A stretch of 64,000 nucleotides of DNA from Streptosporangiaceae bacterium (GCA_036488155.1 DASXIA010000321.1:16023-80022); one strand, 5' to 3'. Positions 37,628-46,632 are shown, counted from the stretch's first letter. The notes: generated by a model from the letters alone, not told the origin. Made by a program: numbers and translations.

Positions 37628-38880
37628 GAGTTGGCCGCCTCCCGGCTGAGCTTGCGGATTTGCCGCCTGGACAGCTCGCCTGGACGTCCGCCGCCGACCA
37701 CGCGCGCGATCGTGAACAAGACCAGCACGACGAGCATGAGCGCGAGGCTGGCCCCGAAAGCACGGGCGATGAACTCGGCCCGGCCTTCTGCCTCGACGTA
37801 GGTGAAGATAAGAGTCGGCAGCGTGGCTTGCCACCCGTGGAAGGGGTCGGCATTCATGACGTTACTGAACCCGTCCGCAAGTAGCACCGGCGCAGTCTCG
37901 CCGATTCCGAGTGCCATCGCCAGCACTACGGCTGTTGTCAGGCCCGAGCGGGCCGTTGGCAGGATCACTTGCCAGACGGTGCGCCATTGGCTGGCGCCAA
38001 GGGCGAAGGCTGCCTCGCGCAGTGTGCCCGGCACCACCCTGAGCACGACTTCCGATGCCCGGATCACCGTCGGAAGCATGATGATGGCGATGGCCAGCGA
38101 GGCGGCGAAACCGGACTCCGGCAAGCCGAGAGCAAGGATCGCCAGCGAGTAGATGAGCAATCCGGCGACCACCGACGGCAGCGCGGTCATCGCATTAACG
38201 ATCATGCGAACGGGGCGTTCCATCCTGCCGCCGATCTCGGTCAGAAACAGGGCCGCAGTAATACCGAGCGGCACCGAGGCCAGGCTGGCGAGAGCGAGAA
38301 TTTCAAGCGAGCCGACGGTGGCGTGCAGCACGCCTCCCTTGTTCAGCGGCGTCAGTGCAGCCACTGCTGCGGCGGTTGTGGTCCAGAAGTTCAAGTGGGC
38401 GATTGCCGGGAGGCCCTTGACGAAGCTGTAGCCAAGCTGGTCGGCGACGACCGCGCTGGCGAAGATCCCGCCGGTGCTTACGAGCACAGCGACGGTCTTG
38501 TCGCTGACCACACGCCGGTTCCACTGCAGCCCGGCGGCGGCCAGGTACAACACGACGAACGCCAGGTACCAGCAGAGCCAGAAACCGAACGCGCCGCTGA
38601 GCGGCAGCACCCGTTCGAAGAGCACCCAGGTCAGGCAGAGAGCGCCCACCGCGGCGCCGGCCACCGTGAGCACGTCCTCCGCCGTGACCCGACGGATCTG
38701 CAGCGGCACATCACTCTGCAGCGGCACATCGCTCTGCACCGACACATCGCTCTGCACCGGCACATCGCTCACGCCGTGATCAGCGCTGCCGGGCCGCGCA
38801 GCCGCACGTTCATCGACCGCACCGTCACTGCGCGCACTGTCAGATCGCTGTCGTTCGGTGGCCGGGCCTGTGGTGGTCAT
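37624..38880 (-). CDS. pstA: Phosphate ABC transporter permease PstA with a ~100-aa N-terminal extension
   Basis: LFLTEIGGR...MTALPSVVAGLLIYS...IIMLPTVIRASEVVLRVVP..LREAAFALGASQWRTVWQVILPTARSGL (EAA loop). 418 aa versus about 300 aa for typical PstA. Confidence 0.9.
   Translation of the reverse strand: MTTTGPATERQRSDSARSDGAVDERAAARPGSADHGVSDVPVQSDVSVQSDVPLQSDVPLQIRRVTAEDVLTVAGAAVGALCLTWVLFERVLPLSGAFGFWLCWYLAFVVLYLAAAGLQWNRRVVSDKTVAVLVSTGGIFASAVVADQLGYSFVKGLPAIAHLNFWTTTAAAVAALTPLNKGGVLHATVGSLEILALASLASVPLGITAALFLTEIGGRMERPVRMIVNAMTALPSVVAGLLIYSLAILALGLPESGFAASLAIAIIMLPTVIRASEVVLRVVPGTLREAAFALGASQWRTVWQVILPTARSGLTTAVVLAMALGIGETAPVLLADGFSNVMNADPFHGWQATLPTLIFTYVEAEGRAEFIARAFGASLALMLVVLVLFTIARVVGGGRPGELSRRQIRKLSREAANS
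38701..38772 (-). repeat. Four tandem 18-bp in-frame repeats inside the pstA N-terminal extension
   Basis: Units CAGCGGCACATCACTCTG / CAGCGGCACATCGCTCTG / CACCGACACATCGCTCTG / CACCGGCACATCGCTCAC encode VSDVPV-QSDVSV-QSDVPL-QSDVPL. Confidence 0.9.
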
Positions 38881-38913
38881 CGGGCGGTCCCCTTCGCCAG
38901 TGAGTGCATGCCG

Positions 38914-39915
38914 TCACTCCGCGGTCGCGGCACCCGACCGCGACCTGTTGATAACGAGCGCAGCAAACGAGTTCACGACCAGCGTGAGGGCGAACAGCAC
39001 CAGGCCCGACGCCATCAATGCGGACAGCTGAATATGGCTTGCCGACGACCAATCTCCCGCGATCAATGCGGCGATTGACTCGCTGCCCTCCTGCAGGACA
39101 TGCGGGTTGAACGTGTATATCGAGTTAACGATGAGGAGCACCGCGATCGTCTCGCCGAGCGCGCGTCCGATTCCGAGCATGCACGCGCCGATCACGCCGC
39201 CCTTACCGAACGGGATGACAACGGCCCTGATCATGCCCCACCGTGTCGATCCGAGCGCATAGGCAGCCTCTCGCTCGCCCTGCGGCGCCTGAGAGAAAAC
39301 CTCGCGCGACAGCGAGGTGATGATCGGGATCACCATCAGGCAGACCACTAGCCCGGCGATAGCCGAGGAGCCGACGAAGGCCGACGCGCTCGGCTGGATC
39401 GCGAGCCGGAACGGCGGGAACCATCTGCTGTTATGCGAGAGCCAGCCCATAGTGCCGATCGCCCTGGGCATGAACCAGTACCGGCCCCAGAGTCCGTAAA
39501 CAATGCTCGGGATCGCCGCCATCAGGTCGATGACGGCAATGAGTACCCGGCGAATCGGGCCGGGCGCATACTCGGAGATGAAGAGCGCGGTAGCGATCGC
39601 CACCGGGATCGCAAAGATGCTGGCGATAGCGCCGATGATGATCGTAAGTGGCAGCACGCCGCCGATGCCGAACTCGTTGTTGACGAAGTTCCAGCTCTGC
39701 TTCGTGAAGAAGGTCAGTCCGTCGGCACCGAATGCTGGAAGGCTGCGGTACATCAGGAAGACCAGGATGAGCCCGGTGAAGGCGAAGCTCGACAGGCCGC
39801 CAATGCGAAGTATGGCGCGGAACAGTGCATCGGCTCGTGACACTCGGGTTACGATCGTGCGCGGAGTGTCGTCGTCGTCCGGCACCGCCGCAGCGGAAGT
39901 CACCGCGATGGCCAT
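38914..39915 (-). CDS. pstC: Phosphate ABC transporter permease PstC
   Basis: FISEYAP..IRRVLIAVIDLMAAIPSIVYGLWG...SREVFSQAPQGEREAAYALGSTRWGMIRAVVIPFGKGG (EAA loop). The start is ATG 39915, preceded by GGGAGGG; the longest ORF starts at 39951. Confidence 0.92.
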   Translation of the reverse strand: MAIAVTSAAAVPDDDDTPRTIVTRVSRADALFRAILRIGGLSSFAFTGLILVFLMYRSLPAFGADGLTFFTKQSWNFVNNEFGIGGVLPLTIIIGAIASIFAIPVAIATALFISEYAPGPIRRVLIAVIDLMAAIPSIVYGLWGRYWFMPRAIGTMGWLSHNSRWFPPFRLAIQPSASAFVGSSAIAGLVVCLMVIPIITSLSREVFSQAPQGEREAAYALGSTRWGMIRAVVIPFGKGGVIGACMLGIGRALGETIAVLLIVNSIYTFNPHVLQEGSESIAALIAGDWSSASHIQLSALMASGLVLFALTLVVNSFAALVINRSRSGAATAE

Positions 39916-40008
39916 GCCGACGTCCCTCCCGTACCGGTAGCGGGGCAGCACGAAGCAGCCGCGCCCGCCTCAAACCAGGCCAATACATAGTGTTGGATTC
40001 GGATTTCT

Positions 40009-40041
40009 AGGTATCTACCGGTTGATGAACAGCAGGAGAAC
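40009..40041 (-). promoter_or_regulatory. PHO-box-like element: three contiguous 11-nt direct-repeat units upstream of pstC
   Basis: The minus strand reads GTTCTCCtgct GTTCATCaacc GGTAGATacct, exactly 11-nt phased. It is followed about 20 nt downstream by a -10-like TATGTA (39984-39989), so the third unit covers the -35 position. It matches the GTTCACC-type PhoP direct-repeat-unit consensus described for Streptomyces. Confidence 0.5.
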
Positions 40042-40174
40042 AAACAGTATCGCTACGGATACCAATGTTCCTCGATCTCCGCCATTCGCCCTCGGAGGCT
40101 CCCGTGCCGCGGCCAAATGGCCGACCTCTTAAGAGCGCCTGTCGCCAGGTGCCCGGCCAGGCTCGGCCCGGCAG

Positions 40175-40912
40175 TTATCCGGTCTGCAGAACCTGGAATG
40201 CCTCGGCCAGCCGGCCGTCAGGCAGCCCGCCCTGCGTCGCGGCCCGGCTCAGCCAGCCGCGCAGGAACTCCTCCAGTCCCTCCGGGTCGCTGATCTGGCT
40301 GACGTGGCAGCGCAGTGCCGCGACCTTGCGCGCGAACGTGTCGGTGATATCGACGTACGTGGCAGCCGCAGGGCTGGCGGTAATCCAGACCTCGCGGACA
40401 GTCCACGGCTCGAGCTTCTCGTCAGTCAGCAGCTCGGGGAAGGCGAACGGGTTACGAGAGTCGGGGTAGACAGCGTCCAGGGCGGCCGCGCCGACGGCGC
40501 GGTGGTCAGGATGGCTCGCGCCCATGCGGGCGTAGTTGCGCTCTGGTGACTGGCACACGACCCGGTCCGGGCGCAGCAGCCTGATCACCCGCGCCAGGTC
40601 CCGGCGCAACGCGATTGTGGCTTCGACGCGACCGTCCGGGTAGCCGAGGAAGTGCAGGTCATGAACGCCCACCTGCTTGGCAGCCGCGGTCTGCTCCGCC
40701 TGCCTGATTACCGCCATCTGGGTGCGGGTCACTGACCGGTCGCTGCCGCCGGCCTCGCCGTTGGTGACGATGCAGTAGCTCACTTCGAGGCCGGCGTCGG
40801 TCCACTGCGCGATCGTGCCGGCCGCGCCGAAGTCGACGTCGTCCGGATGTGCCGCGATTACCAGTACGCGGGCAACCTTCTGTTCCTCGGTCACTGTCTG
40901 CTCCTCAGGCAC
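40175..40912 (-). CDS. PIG-L/LmbE-family deacetylase
   Basis: VLVIAAHPDDVDFGAAGTIAQW (AHPDD metal motif) and HPDHRAVG (second His motif). Confidence 0.85.
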   Translation of the reverse strand: MPEEQTVTEEQKVARVLVIAAHPDDVDFGAAGTIAQWTDAGLEVSYCIVTNGEAGGSDRSVTRTQMAVIRQAEQTAAAKQVGVHDLHFLGYPDGRVEATIALRRDLARVIRLLRPDRVVCQSPERNYARMGASHPDHRAVGAAALDAVYPDSRNPFAFPELLTDEKLEPWTVREVWITASPAAATYVDITDTFARKVAALRCHVSQISDPEGLEEFLRGWLSRAATQGGLPDGRLAEAFQVLQTG

Positions 40913-41052
40913 TGTCCGATACTAAGGCTGGCCGGGCCAGGGAGTATTAAGGGCGTAGACAGACCTCGAGAGCGCGGAAGGCCCGGGCAGCACCTGCGGT
41001 GTTGCCGAGGGCCGGGCCGGGTACCGGGTGATCTGTCAGGCACTCAGTTAGG

Positions 41053-42324
41053 GTGGAAGCCGTGACGACTTTCTCGGCAGATCGGTCATATGCACAGACA
41101 CTGGACACGGCAGACCAGCTCGCGCCGTTCCGCGACAGGTTCGTGCGCCAGGACCGCGAGCTGGTCTACCTGGACGGCAACTCCCTGGGCCCGCTGCCAG
41201 TGCGCACTCAGGCGAGAATCGCCGAGGTCGTCGACCAGGACTGGGGTGTTGGCCTGGTTCGGTCCTGGGACAAGTGGATCCAGCTGCCCCGGCAGGCCGG
41301 CGATATGGTGGGCGAGCACCTGGTCGGCGCGGCGCCCGGCCAGGTAACTGTCTGCGACTCCGTCACCGTCAACCTGTACAAGATGGCATGGGCCGCGCTG
41401 GATGCCCGGCCCGGCCGTGACGTCATCATCACCGACGACGACAACTTCCCGACCGACAGGTACGTCCTTCAGGGCATCGCCGCGCAGCGTGGCTGCGAGC
41501 TGCGCGTGATCCACACCGACATGGATGACGGCATCAGCGAGGAGGCACTTACCGAAGCGCTGGATGACCGCGTCGCTCTGGTCGAGCTGTCCCACGTCGC
41601 GTACCGCAGCGGCGCGCTCACTGACATGAACAGGTTCACTGACCTGGTGCACCGGGCGGGCGCTTTGGTGCTCTGGGACCTGTGCCACTCGGTCGGCGCA
41701 GTACCGGTCGAACTCGATGCCTCCGGCGCTGATCTCGCGATTGGCTGCACGTACAAATACGTCAACTCTGGCCCCGGCGCGCCCGGCTTCCTGTACGTGC
41801 GTGAGGACCTGCAGTCACTCCTCAGGCAGCCCATCTGGGGGTGGTTCAGCCAGCATGACCAGTTCGCCATGGGCCCGCGGTACGATCCGGCGCCGGGCAT
41901 CGACTCGTTCCTCACCGGGACGCCGAACATCATCGGCACCATCGCGGTCGAAGAAGGCGCGCGCCTACTCGGCGAAGCCGGTATGTCTGCCCTGCGCGCC
42001 AAGAGCGTCGAGCTGACCAGCTACCTGATCGCGCTCGCTGACGAGTGGCTGGTACCGCTTGGCTTCACGATCGCCTCGCCACGCGACCCAGAGCGCCGCG
42101 GCGCGCATGTCACCTTGCGGCATGGCGATGCATGGCCGATCAGCCAGGCACTGATCAGCGCTGACGTGATTGGCGACTACCGGACGCCGGACCGCCTCCG
42201 GCTTGGCCCCGTTCCCCTCATTACGAGCTTTACCGAAGTATTCGACGCGATGGACCGGTTGCGCGAGATCACGGCGACCAAGTCCTATGCCGACATCCCC
42301 CTGGATCAGTCCAGGGTCACCTGA
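41053..42324 (+). CDS. kynU: Kynureninase (PLP-dependent, aminotransferase class V fold)
   Basis: YLDGNSLGPLP, VTVNLYK and CTYKYVNSGPGAPGFLYV (PLP-lysine region) are kynureninase landmarks. The start is uncertain by a few codons. Confidence 0.8.
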   Translation: MEAVTTFSADRSYAQTLDTADQLAPFRDRFVRQDRELVYLDGNSLGPLPVRTQARIAEVVDQDWGVGLVRSWDKWIQLPRQAGDMVGEHLVGAAPGQVTVCDSVTVNLYKMAWAALDARPGRDVIITDDDNFPTDRYVLQGIAAQRGCELRVIHTDMDDGISEEALTEALDDRVALVELSHVAYRSGALTDMNRFTDLVHRAGALVLWDLCHSVGAVPVELDASGADLAIGCTYKYVNSGPGAPGFLYVREDLQSLLRQPIWGWFSQHDQFAMGPRYDPAPGIDSFLTGTPNIIGTIAVEEGARLLGEAGMSALRAKSVELTSYLIALADEWLVPLGFTIASPRDPERRGAHVTLRHGDAWPISQALISADVIGDYRTPDRLRLGPVPLITSFTEVFDAMDRLREITATKSYADIPLDQSRVT

Positions 42325-42406
42325 GCCTGCGCGGCCACTGCCTGGTGGCGAGAGCTGCCGCGCGGCAAATTGACGCAGGCTATGTCAGATCCTTAGGCTC
42401 CGGAAC

Positions 42407-43027
42407 GTGCCTAGATACGGGCAGATCGACGCCGACTACGCTGGTCGGCTCAGATCGACTCGGCTCGACGGGCCGATTTACATGCTGGGGTTAGAGAAGT
42501 TCCGGCCCGACGTCGATCAAGGCGCCGCGCGTGGCCGAGCGGATCATTTCTACGCTCCGATACCGCTGCTCACCGCCGCCGGGGCGGCGCTGTGCTTCGC
42601 TGCCGACGTCGTCGCGAGCTCCGGCGGCTGGGATCGTGTTGCGGTGATCGCCTATCCGAGCAGGAGATCGTTCGTGGAACTCGCCTACGAGCCCCAGTTC
42701 CTGAACTGGCACAGCGCCAAGGAAGTCCGGCTGGAGCGCACGACAGTGATGGCCATGCTGCCGGCCGGGAACCTGCCCGGTCCGGCCAGCGCGGGCCGGA
42801 TCTTGCTGGAGGCCTGGGCAGGACCGACGCCGGCTCTGCTCGCCGAGGGACCCGCCTCCATATTCGACGTCGAAGGCACGGTCATCGGTGACGGTCGGCA
42901 GTGGAGCGGGATCCGGTACACGCCGATCGAGTCAGGTACCTCGCTGCCGCTGCGGGCCGCGACGTCCGGTTACCAGGCGCTGCTACTCGAGCCGGCGATC
43001 GAGCGCTGGCGATGGCCGCGCCAGTGA
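42407..43027 (+). CDS. Hypothetical protein (weak DUF1330-like resemblance)
   Basis: 206-aa ORF with good high-GC codon pattern. WDRVAVIAYPSRRSFVELAYEPQF recalls the DUF1330 dimeric alpha/beta-barrel motif. I do not recognise any family firmly. Confidence 0.5.
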   Translation: MPRYGQIDADYAGRLRSTRLDGPIYMLGLEKFRPDVDQGAARGRADHFYAPIPLLTAAGAALCFAADVVASSGGWDRVAVIAYPSRRSFVELAYEPQFLNWHSAKEVRLERTTVMAMLPAGNLPGPASAGRILLEAWAGPTPALLAEGPASIFDVEGTVIGDGRQWSGIRYTPIESGTSLPLRAATSGYQALLLEPAIERWRWPRQ

Positions 43028-43695
43028 CGGCCAAGCTAGCGGCGTCTGAGCCAGCGACGCCTGAGCTAGCGATGCCGGGGGTGGCCGTGTCGGCGGCTGA
43101 CAGCGCTGCGGAGTCGGACGGGCGGCGGCTGCGGCGCGAGCAGAACCGCGAGGCCGTCATCGACGCGCTGCTCGCTCTGTTTTCCGCTGGCCAGTACCAG
43201 CCGAGCGCCGCCGAGATCGCGGCCGGAGCGGGCCTGTCACCGCGGTCGCTGTTCCGTTACTTCGACGATGTCGAGGATTTGTACTACGCGGCAGCAGACC
43301 GCCACCACCGGGTCGCGCTGCCGCTTCTCCAGCTGTCCGTCAGCCCGCAGGATCAGGTTGCGGACAAAATCCAGGCCGTTGTGCACTCGCGGGTCCGGGT
43401 GTTCGAACGAGTTGCGCCGACTGCCCGCGCGTTGCAGGCCGGTGCCTCCCGTAATGAACTGCTCGCTGCCGGGCTCTCCCGCGTCCGAAAGGTCCTGCGC
43501 GGCCAGCTCAGCGAGTTGTTCGCACCCGAGCTGGCCGGCCGCGCTGCGGTCATGTTCCCGGCAGTCGAGGTGCTGTGCTCGTTTGGGTCCTACGATCGGC
43601 TCCGCCGCGAATCGGGCTTGTCGCCGGAAGCTGTCACCGCCACGCTGGTAGCAGCCCTCACCGCGTTGCTCAACGGAGATCCGGATGTCAGCTAG
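43012..43695 (+). CDS. TetR-family transcriptional regulator
   Basis: REAVIDALLALFSAGQYQPSAAEIAAGAGLSPRSLFRYFDDVEDLY is a TetR HTH. The start is uncertain (ATG 43012 or ATG 43072; the longest ORF 42901 is unlikely). Confidence 0.85.
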   Translation: MAAPVTAKLAASEPATPELAMPGVAVSAADSAAESDGRRLRREQNREAVIDALLALFSAGQYQPSAAEIAAGAGLSPRSLFRYFDDVEDLYYAAADRHHRVALPLLQLSVSPQDQVADKIQAVVHSRVRVFERVAPTARALQAGASRNELLAAGLSRVRKVLRGQLSELFAPELAGRAAVMFPAVEVLCSFGSYDRLRRESGLSPEAVTATLVAALTALLNGDPDVS

Positions 43696-44377
43696 CACTG
43701 GCGGCGAGCCAGGGACGGCCGTCGACTTTCATTTCGACATCATGTGCCCGTGGGCCTACCAGGCGTCGCTATGGATCCGGGACGTCCGCGATCAGCTCGG
43801 GCTCCAAGTCGGCTGGCGATTCTTCAGCCTCGAGGAAATCAACCGCGCGCCGGACAAGAAGCACCCCTGGGAGCGGGAGTGGTCTTACGGCTGGTCGATG
43901 ATGCGGATCGGCGCCCTCCTTCGCCGCATCGAGCCTGATCTGCTCGACCAGTGGTACCTCGCGGCTGGCACGGCGCTGCACGCCGACGGACGCAAACCGC
44001 ACCGCAAAGAGATCGCCGAGGAACTGCTCGCCGAGCTGGGCCTCGATCCGGCGCTGGTGGGCCAGGCCATCGACGACCCGACCACGACGCAGGACATCCA
44101 GACCGATCATGACCGGGTCACCAGCCTCGGCGGATGGGGCGTTCCGACGCTGGTGTTCGGCGGCGACCGCGCGCTGTTCGGGCCTGTCCTCATCGAGCCG
44201 CCGTCGGGCGCCGCCGCGGTCCGGCTCTGGCAGCTGATGACGGGCTGGCTAGAATTCCCGAACCTCTATGAGGTGCAGCGGCCTAAGAGCCGGCACGACC
44301 TGGCAGCGATTGCCGCCGCATTCCGGCCCTACCTTGAGGCGCGGGACTGGATCACCATCCAGAAGGAGACGCCGTGA
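43685..44377 (+). CDS. DsbA-like thioredoxin-fold protein (Rv2466c / FrnE-like), single-Cys CPWA variant
   Basis: VDFHFDIMCPWAYQASLWIRDV aligns with the N-terminal CPWC active-site helix of the DsbA-like family. The second Cys is replaced by Ala. It overlaps the TetR stop by 11 nt. Confidence 0.65.
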   Translation: MSASTGGEPGTAVDFHFDIMCPWAYQASLWIRDVRDQLGLQVGWRFFSLEEINRAPDKKHPWEREWSYGWSMMRIGALLRRIEPDLLDQWYLAAGTALHADGRKPHRKEIAEELLAELGLDPALVGQAIDDPTTTQDIQTDHDRVTSLGGWGVPTLVFGGDRALFGPVLIEPPSGAAAVRLWQLMTGWLEFPNLYEVQRPKSRHDLAAIAAAFRPYLEARDWITIQKETP

Positions 44378-45162
44378 CCGACCTGGCCACCATCCGGAGT
44401 TCGCTCGAGCAATGCTACGACGCGGTAGAGGCGCTGTCGTCGCGCCTGAACCCTGACCAATGGCAGGCCCCGTCGCTCTGCCCGGACTGGGACATGCGCG
44501 GCGTCGTCACGCACCTGGGCATGATGGAGCGGGTCATGACCGGCTGGCTGCCACCCAGTGTCGAAGAAACCCCGCCGCTGGACCGGATCGGGCCGTACTT
44601 CGAGGAAGCGGCAGCGCTCGATGACAAGGCCTTCGCCGCCCGGATCGCCGACATCTTCGCCGCCCGGCGCGCCGACCTGTCTGGCTTGCAGGAGCACGAC
44701 CTGGACCGGCCGTCGTGGACACCGATCGGCCCGCGGAGTTACGGCGGCTTCCTCGAGATACGGATATTCGACTTCTGGGTGCATGAGCGTGACATCACCA
44801 CGCCGCTTGGCTGGCCGTCGGACGACGCCGGAGCGCGCGCGGAGATCGCACTCGGCCAGGTCGAGAGCTCGATCGGCTATATCGTCGGGAAGAGAATCGG
44901 CATGCCGGACGGGTCCGGCATCGTGTTTCACCTGACCGGCCCGATCAAGCGCGATATATCAGTCGCTGTCAATGGCCGGGCCAAGGCGGTGGACCACATC
45001 GCCGACCCGACTGTGCAGCTGACCACGGATTCCGTGACTTTCATCCAGCTAGCTGCGGGCCGCATCGACCCGCAGGCGCAGATCGACGCCGGCAAGGTGA
45101 GCTGGGTTGGCGACGACGAGCTAGGCAGCAGGGCCGCCCGAAATCTCCGGTTCACCATCTGA
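44374..45162 (+). CDS. Mycothiol-dependent maleylpyruvate isomerase-type (DinB/TIGR03083) protein with C-terminal SCP2-like domain
   Basis: LNPDQWQAPSLCPDWDMRGVVTHLG is the TIGR03083 signature. There is a 4-nt overlap with the upstream gene. Confidence 0.75.
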   Translation: MTDLATIRSSLEQCYDAVEALSSRLNPDQWQAPSLCPDWDMRGVVTHLGMMERVMTGWLPPSVEETPPLDRIGPYFEEAAALDDKAFAARIADIFAARRADLSGLQEHDLDRPSWTPIGPRSYGGFLEIRIFDFWVHERDITTPLGWPSDDAGARAEIALGQVESSIGYIVGKRIGMPDGSGIVFHLTGPIKRDISVAVNGRAKAVDHIADPTVQLTTDSVTFIQLAAGRIDPQAQIDAGKVSWVGDDELGSRAARNLRFTI

Positions 45163-45180
45163 CTGACTGAGCCTCTGACA

Positions 45181-45204
45181 GCTCGCCGGGCGGAGCCGGC
45201 GAGC
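45181..45204 (+). terminator. Perfect 9-bp stem / 6-nt loop hairpin 19 nt after the operon stop
   Basis: GCTCGCCGG-gcggag-CCGGCGAGC. Confidence 0.5.
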
Positions 45205-45351
45205 TTGACGGGCGCACCCGTTCCGCCTGTTCCCTACGCGACGCATACACTGCGGCGTTTCCGGCTAAACTTAGTTGCCGAGAAGCAAACAAATCAGCCG
45301 TGGGTGGCCGGTGCGGTTGCGCTGCGTGCTGGCTAGGAGGGGATCAGCAGC

Positions 45352-46632
45352 GTGGCGCGACCCATCAGCGGCGGCCGGTCCGATCGCGGTTTCTGGCGGT
45401 CGACCTTCTCGTCGCTGAAGGTCCCGAACTACCGGTTGTACTTCACTGGCCAGTCGATCTCACTGGCTGGCACCTGGATGCAGATGACTGCCCAATCCTG
45501 GCTGGTCCTGGTGCTCACCCGGTCAAGTACCGACCTGGGCGTGGTGGTGGCGCTTCAAACGCTGCCGGTGTTGCTGCTGGGTCCTTACGGCGGCGTCGTC
45601 GCCGACCGCGTCGACAAGCGCAAGCTGATGATGGCGCTGCAGACGGCGATGGGCTGCCAGGCCCTGATCCTCGGGCTTCTGACCGTGCTCGGCGCAGTCA
45701 GGTTCTGGCAAGTCTGCCTGCTCGCGATAGTGCTCGGGCTGAACAACGCCTTCGAGAACTCGGCGCGGCAGGCCTTCGTGCGCGAGATGGTCGGCAAGGA
45801 CGAGCTGCGCAACGCCATCACGCTGAACTCGGTCACCGTGAACGCGGCCCGGGCAGTCGGCCCGGCTATCGGCGGCGTACTGATCGCTACCGTCGGGGTC
45901 GGAGTCTGCTTTCTGGCAAACGCGGCGAGTTTCGTGGCGGTAGTCACCTCGCTGCTCATCATGAATACCGGCGCCTTGCAGCCCAGCCGCCCTGCGCCGC
46001 GCGCACGCGGGCAGTTCCGTGAAGGCCTGCGCTATGCCGCGCGGACGCCGGACATCGCTGTCCCGCTCGCCATGATGGGACTCGTCGGAATGCTTGCGTA
46101 CGAGTTCCAGGTGTCGATTCCGGTGCTGGCCCGGCAGACCTTCCATGGCGGTTCGGAAGCGTACGGCTTCCTGACCGCCGCGATGGGAATCGGCGCGGTT
46201 GTCGGTGGTCTGTTCACCGCCGCGCGGGGGCGAACCGGACTGCGTTCGATGATCGTCGCCGCGACCGGCTTCGGCGTGGCCATCATCGTGTGTGCCTTCT
46301 CGCCGGTGATCGGCCTCGCTTACGCCGCCATGCTGTTCGTCGGCTGGGCTAGCGTCTCGTTCATTGCGATCGGCAACTCGACGATCCAGCTTGCCTCCGA
46401 TCCGAACATGCGCGGCCGGGCGATCGCACTCTGGCAAGTCGCCTTCCAGGGCACAACGCCGATCGGCGGTCCGCTGATCGGGTGGATCATCGACCAGACC
46501 GACCCTCGTGTCGGCCTCGCAGTTGGGGGAATCTCCTGCCTGGTAGCCGCCGCCGGGGGCTACTGGCTCAGCCAGCGCTACCGCCGCCCAGCCGTCGCCT
46601 TGCTCAGTCCTGCGGCCAGGGCCCAGCCCTGA
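45352..46632 (+). CDS. MFS transporter (EntS/MFS_3-like exporter)
   Basis: 426 aa with 12 hydrophobic helices. YRLYFTGQSISLAGTWMQ...GGVVADRVDKRKLM is typical of the enterobactin-exporter-like MFS family. Confidence 0.85.
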   Translation: MARPISGGRSDRGFWRSTFSSLKVPNYRLYFTGQSISLAGTWMQMTAQSWLVLVLTRSSTDLGVVVALQTLPVLLLGPYGGVVADRVDKRKLMMALQTAMGCQALILGLLTVLGAVRFWQVCLLAIVLGLNNAFENSARQAFVREMVGKDELRNAITLNSVTVNAARAVGPAIGGVLIATVGVGVCFLANAASFVAVVTSLLIMNTGALQPSRPAPRARGQFREGLRYAARTPDIAVPLAMMGLVGMLAYEFQVSIPVLARQTFHGGSEAYGFLTAAMGIGAVVGGLFTAARGRTGLRSMIVAATGFGVAIIVCAFSPVIGLAYAAMLFVGWASVSFIAIGNSTIQLASDPNMRGRAIALWQVAFQGTTPIGGPLIGWIIDQTDPRVGLAVGGISCLVAAAGGYWLSQRYRRPAVALLSPAARAQP

